Of a stretch of 35,607 nt of DNA, positions 26,316-35,607 are shown in pieces. How positions within the stretch are numbered: position 1 is the first letter of the stretch; each line of letters begins with the position of its first letter. Source of the DNA: Candidatus Heimdallarchaeota archaeon (GTDB lineage: Archaea; Asgardarchaeota; Wukongarchaeia; Wukongarchaeales; JBHIFL01); contig JBHIFL010000046.1 in NCBI GenBank assembly GCA_046761065.1, positions 1-35,607 of the forward strand, in the 5' to 3' direction. Below the pieces are notes generated by a model, which had not been told where the DNA came from, did not search any database, and worked only from the letters and a program-made list of their open reading frames with translations. Position numbers and translations under genes: made by a program.

Positions 26316-28679
26316 TTAAGGAATCCTTGGAGGCTCCTTTATCTGATATTTTATGAAGAGGAGGCGCAACGAATTCATGATGACGAGTAAGGACGCGCCC
26401 ATATCCGCAAACACCGCCATCCATAATGTGGCTAATCCTAACAGCGCTAATATGAACACACCTATCTTCAGCCCAAGAGCAATGCTGATATTCTCGCGAA
26501 TGCCTTTAACTGTCCTCCGACCGAGTTCGACTGTGTGGCTAATACTAGCGGGATCATCATTCATCAATACAATATCCGCCGTCTCGAGGGAGACATCCAT
26601 TCCAGTTCCCCCCATCGCTACGCCCACTGTTGCTGTTGCCAGCGCTGGTGCATCATTGACCCCATCTCCTACCATAGCAACGGTCCTATAGGTTTCTAGG
26701 AGATCTTTAATCACCTCAACTTTCTGGTCTGGGAGCAGTTCGGCCCGGACCTCCGTGATTCCCACCTGCCGGGCAATCGTTTGGGCACTTGCCTCATTGT
26801 CCCCCGTCAACATAATCACTTGCTCTATCCCTTGCTGCCTTAATGCTTCAATCGCCCTCCTGCTCTGATCTCGTGGTTGGTCTTCAAGGAGGATCACACC
26901 AATCACTTCAGCTTCTGATGCCACGAAGACAACCGTACTCCCATCTACATCGCCCATGCCTAATATCCTTTGGGTAGCCGGTATCATTTCTTCCAATAAC
27001 ACCTGACTCCCAACATAATAGGTTATCCCGTCGATGATGCCTTTGGCACCCTTCCCTTTGATTGCTTCAAAGCCCCCCACCTCGGTGGGGAGAGTGATTC
27101 CCTCTACCTGCGCTTTCTGGAGAATGGTTTTCCCAATGTGATGCTCAGATTGCCGCTCCAACCCCGCAGCAATTCTTAAGACCTCAGCCTTCGAATACCC
27201 ATTCCTTGGGATGATTTGTGTCACCCGTGGGCGACCCTCAGTAATTGTCCCGGTCTTGTCAAACGCGATCGCCTGGATCCCTCCTAATGCTTCTAGATAG
27301 TTTCCGCCTTTGATCAAGATCCCCTGTTTTGCCGCATTTGTAAACGCCGAGACAATTGTTATAGGCGTTGAAATCACTAGGGCACAGGGGCACGAAATTA
27401 CAAGTAAGACAAGACTCTTGTAAAACCAGCTCCGGAACTCCAGCCCAAAGAAGAGCACTGGTACCACTGAGACCAGTAACGCCAATACAAGTACACTTGG
27501 TGTATATACCTTTGCAAACCTGTCGACAAACCGTTGGGCCGCGGCCTTCCGCGTCTGCGCCTGCTCGACCAAGTGAATAATTTCCGCTAGTGTATTACAC
27601 GAGACATGGCGGGTCGCCCGAACCTCGAGGAACCCTTGTTGATTGATGGTGCCACCATAGACCTCATCCCCCTCACCTTTGCCTACCAACGTTGACTCCC
27701 CTGTGATGGGGGATTGGTCGATATACGACCACCCCTGGAGGATATTTCCATCGGTTGCAATGCGTTCTCCGGGTTTTACTAAAAAAATATCGCCCTCCCG
27801 GAGCTCTTCCACTGGGATACGCTTCTCTCCATCCTCTTTACGAACAAGAACATCTTCAGGGGTTAATTCCAATAATGATCGGATCGATCGTCGGGATTTT
27901 TCAACCGCATAGGCTTCTAAAACCTCCGCTAACGAAAACAGAAAAATGACCATAGCCGCTTCAGTCCACTGCTCGAGGTATCCCGCCCCAGCAACTGCTA
28001 CGATCATTAAGAAATTTATATCCAAAGTGAAGGTTCGCAACGCATAAAACCCTGCCCGGGCAGGATAATAACCACCTGTTAAAATTGCCAGAAGATACAA
28101 ACTTAGTCGTAGATTTTCCAGTTCAAGCCATGGTGATACCAGTCCTAGAACGATAAACAGACCCGATAAAACCGTTAGAAGGGGCCTCCAGTTACGGGTA
28201 GGGAACGAGTCTTCGGAGTCTAGTTCTGCTTCCTGTAACCTGATCTCGTACCCGAATTTCTTGACTCGGGAGATCACGTGACTCAAATCAAGCCCAATGT
28301 CATGTTGGACAGTCAGAGTTGATGTCATAAAATTGATTGTAGCTTTCTCGACCTCTTCCAGTTCGGAAATCGCCTTTTCAATCTTCATCCCACAGTCCGC
28401 ACAATGTAACTCTAAAATCGCAAACTTGGAGATTTCTCGACCTACTGTGTAATCCTTCTTCACTCCATAGCCGAGTTTCTTGATTTTCCTGATGATTTCT
28501 TCGTCCGTAATGAGTTGACTATCATATGTTACCACGAGCTTTGACGAAAAAAAACTTGTCTTGACATTCTGAATCCCTTTCGCCTTCGCTAACGTCTTCT
28601 CCATGGAAAGGGCACAATCCATGCAGTCGACCCCTGAAATGCGGTACACATCTTGTTGCGCATTCCCTGACTTTGTCAT
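26316..28679 (-). CDS. zntA: Heavy-metal P1B-2 ATPase (Zn/Cd/Pb exporter, ZntA/CadA type) with two N-terminal HMA domains
   Basis: GVDCMDC and ELHCADC, TGES, SCPCAL, DKTGT, GDGVNDAP, Lys in ALGLKIG and Asp in FADMG (P1B-2 signature). Confidence 0.92.
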   Translation of the reverse strand: MTKSGNAQQDVYRISGVDCMDCALSMEKTLAKAKGIQNVKTSFFSSKLVVTYDSQLITDEEIIRKIKKLGYGVKKDYTVGREISKFAILELHCADCGMKIEKAISELEEVEKATINFMTSTLTVQHDIGLDLSHVISRVKKFGYEIRLQEAELDSEDSFPTRNWRPLLTVLSGLFIVLGLVSPWLELENLRLSLYLLAILTGGYYPARAGFYALRTFTLDINFLMIVAVAGAGYLEQWTEAAMVIFLFSLAEVLEAYAVEKSRRSIRSLLELTPEDVLVRKEDGEKRIPVEELREGDIFLVKPGERIATDGNILQGWSYIDQSPITGESTLVGKGEGDEVYGGTINQQGFLEVRATRHVSCNTLAEIIHLVEQAQTRKAAAQRFVDRFAKVYTPSVLVLALLVSVVPVLFFGLEFRSWFYKSLVLLVISCPCALVISTPITIVSAFTNAAKQGILIKGGNYLEALGGIQAIAFDKTGTITEGRPRVTQIIPRNGYSKAEVLRIAAGLERQSEHHIGKTILQKAQVEGITLPTEVGGFEAIKGKGAKGIIDGITYYVGSQVLLEEMIPATQRILGMGDVDGSTVVFVASEAEVIGVILLEDQPRDQSRRAIEALRQQGIEQVIMLTGDNEASAQTIARQVGITEVRAELLPDQKVEVIKDLLETYRTVAMVGDGVNDAPALATATVGVAMGGTGMDVSLETADIVLMNDDPASISHTVELGRRTVKGIRENISIALGLKIGVFILALLGLATLWMAVFADMGASLLVIMNSLRLLFIKYQIKEPPRIP

Positions 28680-28869
28680 GATCCATTCAACTCATTCCAT
28701 GCTCAACGAGGAGGTTAGGTTGTCGCTTCCGGCTAGAGTACTCCTTCCCCATGAAATTCATCTAATAATTTATGGGTAACTCACCTTTATTAACCTATCT
28801 GCTAATTCTTTTTTTAATAATATATAAAAATTAATAAAATCATATTCATATTTTAATAACTGTGATCCT

Positions 28870-29271
28870 ATGCCTGTCATTAGCATCTCTTTACCAGATC
28901 TACTTTTGAATAAAATACAATCTTATATCGAAACTCATGGGTATACCGGCCGCTCCGAACTAATTCGTGATGCTGTCCGTGATCTTTTAACCGAATTTGA
29001 ACTCGCAAAAAGCGACCAAACCCCCGTTGTAGCTACAATCACAGTCATTTATGACCATGTTCAACCGGGCATTGATGAAAAACTCACTCGACTCCGCCAT
29101 GAATATAATGACCTCATTACCACAAATATTCATCTCCATATCCAGCAAAAATACTGTTTGGAGATTTTTATCGCCGAAGGAACACAACCCAGAATCGTTA
29201 CCTTACTTGGGCGAATTCGAGCAACCCGGGGGGTTCTTTCTGTGAAACACGTAACCGTTCCAACTGACTAG
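28870..29271 (+). CDS. nikR: NikR-family ribbon-helix-helix metal-responsive regulator
   Basis: N-terminal RHH ISISLP...GRSELIRDAVR; ACT domain with LRH...HLH...C metal ligands. Confidence 0.85.
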   Translation: MPVISISLPDLLLNKIQSYIETHGYTGRSELIRDAVRDLLTEFELAKSDQTPVVATITVIYDHVQPGIDEKLTRLRHEYNDLITTNIHLHIQQKYCLEIFIAEGTQPRIVTLLGRIRATRGVLSVKHVTVPTD

Positions 29272-29409
29272 TTTCCATTCTGACTGATTGGCCATCTCAA
29301 TGCTATTTTAGCTCATCTAGGCCCTTATTAGAAAATTATCATCCCTTCAATGCATTTTATCTCTATCAAAGCAAAATCACCCCCCCTTGCTTACCCTCCC
29401 TAAATCCCC

Positions 29410-30585
29410 CTATTTCCGCTCCTTTAGCGGGGACATGACCCCTCCTGCGGGTCTTTGTGTTAATGGAACCATTGTATCACATTCTTTAATTTGGACACTC
29501 TTTTCAGCTATGAATTGTCCTATCCTCTGCGCTTTTTCATATATTTCCTTTAAAATCCTTCCTTCTACTTCTTCAAAGAAGAAGAGCTTTATTGTTGGCC
29601 CTGTAACTTCAGTAAAATCCCAGATGCCTCCAACTTGTCCATTCAGTACGATAGTTGAAGTACTATTCCCTGAACGATCAAAGACATAATTGTTATATTC
29701 TTGGTGAAGATATCTTTCCCGCTCTTTGTACCCCATGAGATAAGGATCTAGACCTGGTAACAGATTTACAGTTTGTTTATCACCCAGTCTTCCTTGTTGT
29801 ATAAGTACTCGATCTGAATGGACCATAAGGAAGTCTTCTTTCAACTGAGAAATTTTGATGTGATCTATTCGAGCAAGAAGCTGGTTCAATGCCCCTTGCA
29901 CCTTAGTTTTACCGTATCCCGTCCACCACCTGATATCCTCTTCTGTTACAGGACCAAATGCCCTCAAGTACTGGTTCACTAGCTGCGTTCATGCTTCGCT
30001 CTCCTTCGGTTTTGTTAAGTCCATGGTTGGGAAATATTTGTGAAACAAGGCATATTGATACCGCTGATCTTTCCAACCTTTCTCGGGTCGGCCTCTTATT
30101 AGGAGACCTTGATCACACATCCGATAAAGGATTGCTGATACATCGAGCTGGGTTTTCAAGGCTTTTTTTATCTCGGCAGCGGTTCTTTCTCGGGCTTTTA
30201 ACAGGTCTAAAATTGTTTGGGAAATCTCTTCATATTTCGCTGCAGAAACACGATGTTCTACATAACGTTTCGAAGCCTTATCGACCATTTCTCGTGTTGC
30301 AGCATAGGCAATTGGAATCATTTCTTTTGGAAGGATGTGGAGGGTTTTTCGCATGCACCGAATTTTCCCCAAACTCCTTTTCACATACAGTTCGTCAATT
30401 AAATCCTCTTTTTCAAACTGACGTGTTCTAGCAAAAAGTGATAAGAACGGCCCCATCGCACTCGTGGCGTGAAGCCCTACAATATCTGCCACAATTTTCT
30501 TAATATCGTCACATTTTGCCTCCTTGGTTAAATGATGTTTACACAACACTAATTGATTCGCTCGTGATGGGTCGAGAGAGTTCAT
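29410..30585 (-). pseudogene. AlkZ/HTH_42 winged-helix DNA glycosylase-family gene interrupted by one in-frame TGA
   Basis: ORFs 30585-29989 and 29979-29410 share a frame: GCA TGA ACG CAG CTA GTG. Motifs GLHAT, MRKTLH, YLRAFGPVT..DIRWWTG, LLPGLDPYLMGY, NGQVGGIW. Confidence 0.85.
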
Positions 30586-30672
30586 TAGGCCTCACCTCGC
30601 ATCATTTTCCGGCTCCCTCCCAAAAATCTCTGCTTGGTCAAACAAGGTTGGTTGGATCTTAAACCCTTACTC

Positions 30673-32124
30673 CTACTTTTCGAAGGATTGCAACGACATT
30701 GGTCCAATGTCATATAGACTCCGTTGAGCCCAGTCCCACTCGGGAATCTTCGCCCATGTATCTTGCGCCACTTTGTCTGCTGCTTTCATGACTTCCCGTT
30801 CGACCACACCTAGCATTGTCTTTGCCTCAATCAGCTTCTGCCCGTTTATGATGACAGTCTCGACATCATCACAGGTTCCGGCATTGACCAAACTCTTGAT
30901 CGGGTCAGCAATCGGCGCATAGCGGAAGTTGGCTACATTTAGAATGACGATATCCGCCTTCGCCCCCTTTGCCAACCTCCCTATATCGTTCCGTCCAAGC
31001 GCCCTAGCGGCGCTCAGTGTGGCGGCATTAAACACTTTTAAAGCGGATGCCGCCGCCCGACTCCCCTCCATCAGCTTCCCAATAATTGACGCCCATCTCA
31101 TCTCGCTAATAATATCTAGAGGCCACGTATCTGTGCCAATTGTCATGTTCACCCCCGCCCGTAAGTAGCGGCTAAAGGATTGGAGGGCACATGAAGTTCT
31201 CGCCGCAACTAAGGGACAGTGCGCCACACTGGTCCGGGTGCTCGCTAAAGTTTCGACATCATTCCCTCCCGAATAGGCGGTCCAGCTGTGTCCACTTACC
31301 AGGAGAGCATGCCCAATTAGCACGTCGGGACCTAAAAACCCAATATCGTTTAGGAACCCGATGGGTGTATTTTTATATTTCCGGAGGATTTCATGGAATT
31401 CGAAAACCCTTTGGCCCGCATGAATCCCTATCCTGACCGTTTTCATCTCGTTCGCGATCTTTCGGACTTCTTGAAGGAGGTTAGGCGTACAGGTATCCAC
31501 TTGTAAAGGAATAAGAAGCCCTTTCACTCGCCCATCATAAGCCCCATCATATTTCTCCACAAAGGCTTTTGCCTTTTCCAAACCCTTGAAGCCTCTTTCT
31601 TCATTCCAATCCTTGTGGTAATAGGTTCCATCGTCTCCGGTGTACGTCTCTGCACTTCTAAAGCCAGGACCAAGGTACGCTTTTAACCCAAGTTGCCCAA
31701 CTAGCTCCACTAGACTCGTCCTTCCGGCTCCCATCTCGACTATGGTTGTACAGCCGCTTTTTAGAAGGGCACAAAGGGAAAATGTTGCGATTGCCCTGAA
31801 TTGGGCATCAGAGAGACGTTTTTTATCCCAGTTATCTTTCGTCGGGAGAAACGGGATATTGGGGTTTCCAAAAGTGAGTCTGCAATCACCATCAATGTTG
31901 ATGGCCTCACTATTAACGGGCGTCTCCACATGACAATGCGTGTTAATAAAGCCTGGAGCGACGATCTTTCCCGTCGCATCTATCGTCTCATCCACCTGCC
32001 CTGAATAGGATCTCCCCACATGAAGGATTTGCTCTTCGTCGAAGACAACAACCCCGTTTTCCACAAGCCGGTGGTTCCTGCCATTACTACCGATCACCCA
32101 TCCCCCTTGAATTAATGTCGTCAC
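30673..32124 (-). CDS. Metal-dependent amidohydrolase (chlorohydrolase/deaminase-like)
   Basis: PGFINTHCH, IHAGQ, GHA, HCP, GTD, GRLAKGAKADIV; GTG start after GGTGA. Confidence 0.92.
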   Translation of the reverse strand: MTTLIQGGWVIGSNGRNHRLVENGVVVFDEEQILHVGRSYSGQVDETIDATGKIVAPGFINTHCHVETPVNSEAINIDGDCRLTFGNPNIPFLPTKDNWDKKRLSDAQFRAIATFSLCALLKSGCTTIVEMGAGRTSLVELVGQLGLKAYLGPGFRSAETYTGDDGTYYHKDWNEERGFKGLEKAKAFVEKYDGAYDGRVKGLLIPLQVDTCTPNLLQEVRKIANEMKTVRIGIHAGQRVFEFHEILRKYKNTPIGFLNDIGFLGPDVLIGHALLVSGHSWTAYSGGNDVETLASTRTSVAHCPLVAARTSCALQSFSRYLRAGVNMTIGTDTWPLDIISEMRWASIIGKLMEGSRAAASALKVFNAATLSAARALGRNDIGRLAKGAKADIVILNVANFRYAPIADPIKSLVNAGTCDDVETVIINGQKLIEAKTMLGVVEREVMKAADKVAQDTWAKIPEWDWAQRSLYDIGPMSLQSFEK

Positions 32125-32883
32125 ACCGAATCACCCTTGGTTGTAAAAATTGCTATCCTATAAGAAATTTACTTGCTTTACTTACACTCGAAAAAGGCGA
32201 TTTAAATGTCTACTTCAATTTATAGCCTTCTCTCTGCTTGTTTACAATGCTCTGGCTCACTATAAAAAAGTTGACAGACTACGTATAATTTGCCAATTCA
32301 TCTGCTAGGATGGGATGTTTCTAACCTATATCGCTCTTTCTAACAATTCTCTCATAGAGTACTCCTACAGAGGTTCCGCAAGCGTATGTAACTTCCACTT
32401 GGCTCACTTTGGTACGAGTCGTATCCATAGATCTCCGCGAGTTTATTCTCACACACTCCATCTGGGCTCCTTTTAATGCATTCTCTGAGTAGTTAAGTAG
32501 CTCTATATCTTCAGCGCATTGTAAAATTCTATAATAATGGATGAAATCGAATCGTTAAGACGATAATTGGGACGGTTCTCAACCTGGCACTAATTGGTCT
32601 CAATCATGTTCTCTCTTGGTCCCTCTTCCTCCTTGAGAGCCATTTAGCTTTCCCATTTCCCCAAATTTTCTTTGGCCTTCAACTCGTTATACCCTTTGGC
32701 TAAATCTTGCCAGATAGAGAGGCAAAAAGCATGAGACCCATCACCATTCTTTATCTCCTAGTCGATACAACAGGGGTGCTTTTTACCGGTTACTCAAGAA
32801 TACCCTTCCTCCTCCCTTCAGTTAGCTGATCCTCATTCAATATCCATGGAATACCGATTCTCTCTTCTATCGCTATGATACAG

Positions 32884-33315
32884 TCAGGAATAATTTTTCG
32901 TGGTGAAACCCGCCTTGGGAACCATTAACGGTGCTCCCAGAAAAATGGGAGAGATGAAAGTGTCCAATTCGGATTGAAAGCGACATGTGACAAATTCCCG
33001 CTGAGGGATCCCAATTAATTCCGCATTTGGTTGATCTGTTACCTTTTCATTCAGATACTCTCCATGAAAAATGCCATAAAGTAACACTCTCCCTTTTTGG
33101 CGCACTTCAATTGGAACGCCAAATAATTTTAGATCAATTTCCCCAAATTTTTCGGCCTTTAGCGAAGTGAGAGGGATTTCGACTTCTATATTGCATGTAA
33201 TTTTAACATACAGTGCTTTTTCACAAGTTTTGGGATATTGATCTAACACTGCTACTGGTTTTGCCATAACTACATTATTTGGAAACTTCAACGAGGTTTC
33301 AAATAACGGTTTCAT
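32884..33315 (-). CDS. Hypothetical protein (possibly 3'-frameshifted)
   Basis: 143-codon ORF in an otherwise empty AT-rich gap; no recognised motif. Confidence 0.5.
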   Translation of the reverse strand: MKPLFETSLKFPNNVVMAKPVAVLDQYPKTCEKALYVKITCNIEVEIPLTSLKAEKFGEIDLKLFGVPIEVRQKGRVLLYGIFHGEYLNEKVTDQPNAELIGIPQREFVTCRFQSELDTFISPIFLGAPLMVPKAGFTTKNYS

Positions 33316-33740
33316 ATTTAATTCTATGTCAATACATCGTTAAAAATGTATTTTTAAAATTAGAAAGCTTTTTGTAGAGGTATAAACACATACAATTCGT
33401 TCTTTAGATTTTATGACCGATGGGATCGAACAATTAAGAAACATACAAAAAAGATTACTATTGAAATCAAACATTTTTGCATTCTTATTATAAAACGGAG
33501 TTTTAACGGGCTCTTATTATTTTTAGTCTATATTAAGTGTTTCTAACCGGAAACTATCCTCTGAGATGTGAAATTCTTACTATCTGCCGCGATAGTATAT
33601 TATTTTCTCTGGTGAGGAGCTTGGTCGCACTCCGTTTGCAGGTTTACCTAATATTAGTTGATGAACGTTGCACCGACCAATATCCGAGCAGAGAGGAAAC
33701 CACTGCAAATCGCTTCTGGAATGTATCTGTGGATAGTGTA

Positions 33741-34202
33741 CTATTCCCCCTTCATTTGAACTGCGAGTTTCTTTCCAAACTCCGCGCATTTCGGAAGTTC
33801 CCCCTCGGAAATTGGCCCTTTCATCCCGTCAACTCTTATTGACAAGCCCGGCACGATCCGCTTTAATCCCGGTACCTTTTCCTTTATGCGGTTCTCAAGT
33901 TTTTTCACCGCTTTTTCAAAGTCATTTTTAATATACGTATCAAAAACCGCGGTTTGTTTTCCCTCTAAATTGAGTTTCCCCAATTTATCGACGAACTTCT
34001 TCATACCCCGGGTTGGGCTCCCCATATGATTCGGCGTCCCCACCAGAATGGCATCATAATCGACGATCTTGTTAAAATCCACGTCTTTACACTCAGTAAG
34101 AACTGTCTCGATGCCTTTCGCGTCTTGTATACCTTTAACAATCGTTTCGGCGACTTGTTTGGTATTGCCATATTTAGATTCATACACCACTAGCACTCGC
34201 AT
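33741..34202 (-). CDS. Flavodoxin-domain protein
   Basis: MRVLVVYESKYGNTKQVA FMN loop, YDAILVGTP, AVFDTY; true start likely ATG 34202. Confidence 0.9.
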   Translation of the reverse strand: MRVLVVYESKYGNTKQVAETIVKGIQDAKGIETVLTECKDVDFNKIVDYDAILVGTPNHMGSPTRGMKKFVDKLGKLNLEGKQTAVFDTYIKNDFEKAVKKLENRIKEKVPGLKRIVPGLSIRVDGMKGPISEGELPKCAEFGKKLAVQMKGE

Positions 34203-34417
34203 ACGCCAACCATCCATCAAGTATGTTTCAGTTTCTACGACTGAAAAGTCCCTACATTCAGGTAACACTGAAACAAACTAGTAAGTTGAATTGAATTGTT
34301 TCAGCAATTGATTCAATTTTCAGAATAGGAATTCGTGCTGCCCGTGATCTCCATCGTTTCCTTGTCCCATGTGTTGCATTAACTGCGTTCAGCACAGAAG
34401 TGCAAAGCAGTGTTTAC

Positions 34418-34837
34418 TTAGACTTTGAATTCTTCCAGAGGAATAGTGAGGTCTGATACTTTGTTATGTATTTTTTCATCAGCTGTTACCAGTTTTGTTC
34501 CATGTTTTTCAGCCACAGCCAGGTAGGATGCATCGTAAAAGGTTACATCTCTACTTTTTGATATGTTACAGACGGTTTTGAGGAGATCAATGGTCGAGTA
34601 GATATTCACAAGGGTTATTTGAAGGTCTAGGAATCTCTTGATGAACTCGTATAATTTCTCGGGAGTTATCTTCGGATGCTTCCAGAAAACGTTCCCTAAC
34701 TCGTACACTATTAACGAGGGAGCTGAGAGCGACAAGTGTCCTAGGGCATGCGCATTCACGAGATCTATCGCCTTATTCGAATATTCCTCTATTATAAAGA
34801 GCTTGGCAGCCGCGGAGGCATCGATCACATAAGTCAC
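34418..34837 (-). CDS. vapC: PIN-domain toxin of a type II TA system
   Basis: VIDAS, YELGN, TFYDASYLAVA, LVTAD; GTG start overlaps the antitoxin TGA (GTGA). Confidence 0.92.
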   Translation of the reverse strand: MTYVIDASAAAKLFIIEEYSNKAIDLVNAHALGHLSLSAPSLIVYELGNVFWKHPKITPEKLYEFIKRFLDLQITLVNIYSTIDLLKTVCNISKSRDVTFYDASYLAVAEKHGTKLVTADEKIHNKVSDLTIPLEEFKV

Positions 34838-35061
34838 AGAGTCTCCCTCATCCGACGGATTACCTCTGCGCTGTCGAACCCTATCTCTTTTCCGGGGACT
34901 CTGTTCTCCCGTATCCATCTTAACGCCTCTTCAGACCTTCTTTTCCGCAATTTCTCCTCGATCGCCTTCCGAACAAATATAGGAACCTTGAAGCCTAGCT
35001 CTTCTATTTCCCTTTTAACTTCTTCAGGGACTCTAACTGCTATAACAACAGTTTTCGCCAT
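34834..35061 (-). CDS. vapB: Ribbon-helix-helix antitoxin
   Basis: VIAVRVPEEVKREI...FVRKAIEEKL, C-terminal SAEVIRRMRE; directly upstream of the PIN gene. Confidence 0.88.
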   Translation of the reverse strand: MAKTVVIAVRVPEEVKREIEELGFKVPIFVRKAIEEKLRKRRSEEALRWIRENRVPGKEIGFDSAEVIRRMRETL

Positions 35062-35511
35062 TGTTAGTCACAAAGATTACTTTATTGTTTACAAAATTTT
35101 AAACATATTGATATCACATATACAATAACATCGCCATTTCCTTCAAAAAATCTTGCATAAAGAGTACATGCTCTACTCTAGTGTCTGCAAGGAAACTATC
35201 ACCTTCAAGATTGCTTTGCAACAGCATACCGTAAAGAAAGCAATTGCGTGGGTTTTTAGAGAAAAATAAAGAATAATTCTGCTGAAGTTACCGCGTTTCT
35301 TACAAGATCATTGGTTAAGTCATTTTAGTAGCAAGGCTTTACCAGAATTTCTGTTAGGACTTGTTATCAAAGATGCAAAGGACTTGTTGGATCAAGTGGT
35401 TTAAATTCAAAAAATCCCTATTCAAATCCTTGATCAAGAAAACTTAGACGAATCTATGCAATGAGAGGCCGGATTGGAAAAAGGAGTCGGCTAAAAAAGG
35501 GGAAGGGGGGT

Positions 35512-35607
35512 TTAGTGGGTTCTGCGAATCCACGCCAAGAGCAAGAGAGGAGTGGTTAGAGTAGCTATTATGACAACGAGGCTCGATCCTAGCATGAAAC
35601 GCTCAAG
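35512..35607 (-). CDS. Partial 3' end of a membrane-anchored protein (runs off the window)
   Basis: LERFMLGSSLVVIIATLTTPLLLLAWIRRTH* is a TM helix plus basic tail, followed by a CCCCTTTTTT terminator-like tract. Confidence 0.6.
   Translation of the reverse strand, partial: LERFMLGSSLVVIIATLTTPLLLLAWIRRTH

Noticed and set aside
28680-28700. ATG GAA TGA in frame upstream of the ATPase
   Set aside because: It would add only 7 uninformative codons; no evidence of recoding.
29989-29991. Selenocysteine or genome-wide TGA reassignment
   Set aside because: The position is not Cys-like, and TGA terminates rpl2, hdrC, vapB and the SPOUT gene normally.
364-35128. Many ORF-track entries overlapping called genes (e.g. 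16437-17078, 22880-23341, 29958-30431, 34748-35128)
   Set aside because: Antisense or alternate-frame shadows of well-supported genes, with no motifs.
1-35607. CRISPR arrays, tRNA/rRNA genes, IS elements
   Set aside because: No regularly spaced repeats, cloverleaf or rRNA signatures, or transposase motifs seen by eye; tRNAscan/Infernal could not be run.

Overview
Archaeal chromosomal window (TFB, archaeal uL3/uL4/uL23/uL2/uL15, single-OB SSB, hdrACB). The gene mix looks TACK/Asgard-like, but I cannot assign a lineage from the sequence alone. Four blocks: (1) 1-3.8 kb: HEAT-repeat protein, ssb with an RGG/YGG tail, and tfb, with ssb and tfb divergent across a structured 0.9-kb spacer. (2) 3.9-13.5 kb: amine/amide-scavenging cluster (GGT, alpha/beta hydrolase, class III aminotransferase, carbon-nitrogen hydrolase, APC permease) that also holds an Icc-like metallophosphoesterase and an orphan nucleotidyltransferase-fold protein. 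This is the best candidate for an undescribed system. (3) 14-26 kb: flavin reductase, half-size FwdF-like polyferredoxin and hdrA-hdrC-hdrB running directly into an NSUN6-like RNA m5C methyltransferase, a HEAT-membrane protein, a SPOUT methyltransferase and a ribosomal cluster that jumps from rpl2 to rpl15. (4) 26-35.6 kb: accessory region with a P1B-2 ATPase facing a NikR-like regulator, an AlkZ/HTH_42 gene split by one in-frame TGA, an amidohydrolase, flavodoxin and VapBC. hdrA appears to start at ACG and the nucleotidyltransferase gene possibly at ATA. I saw no tRNA, rRNA, CRISPR array or transposase.
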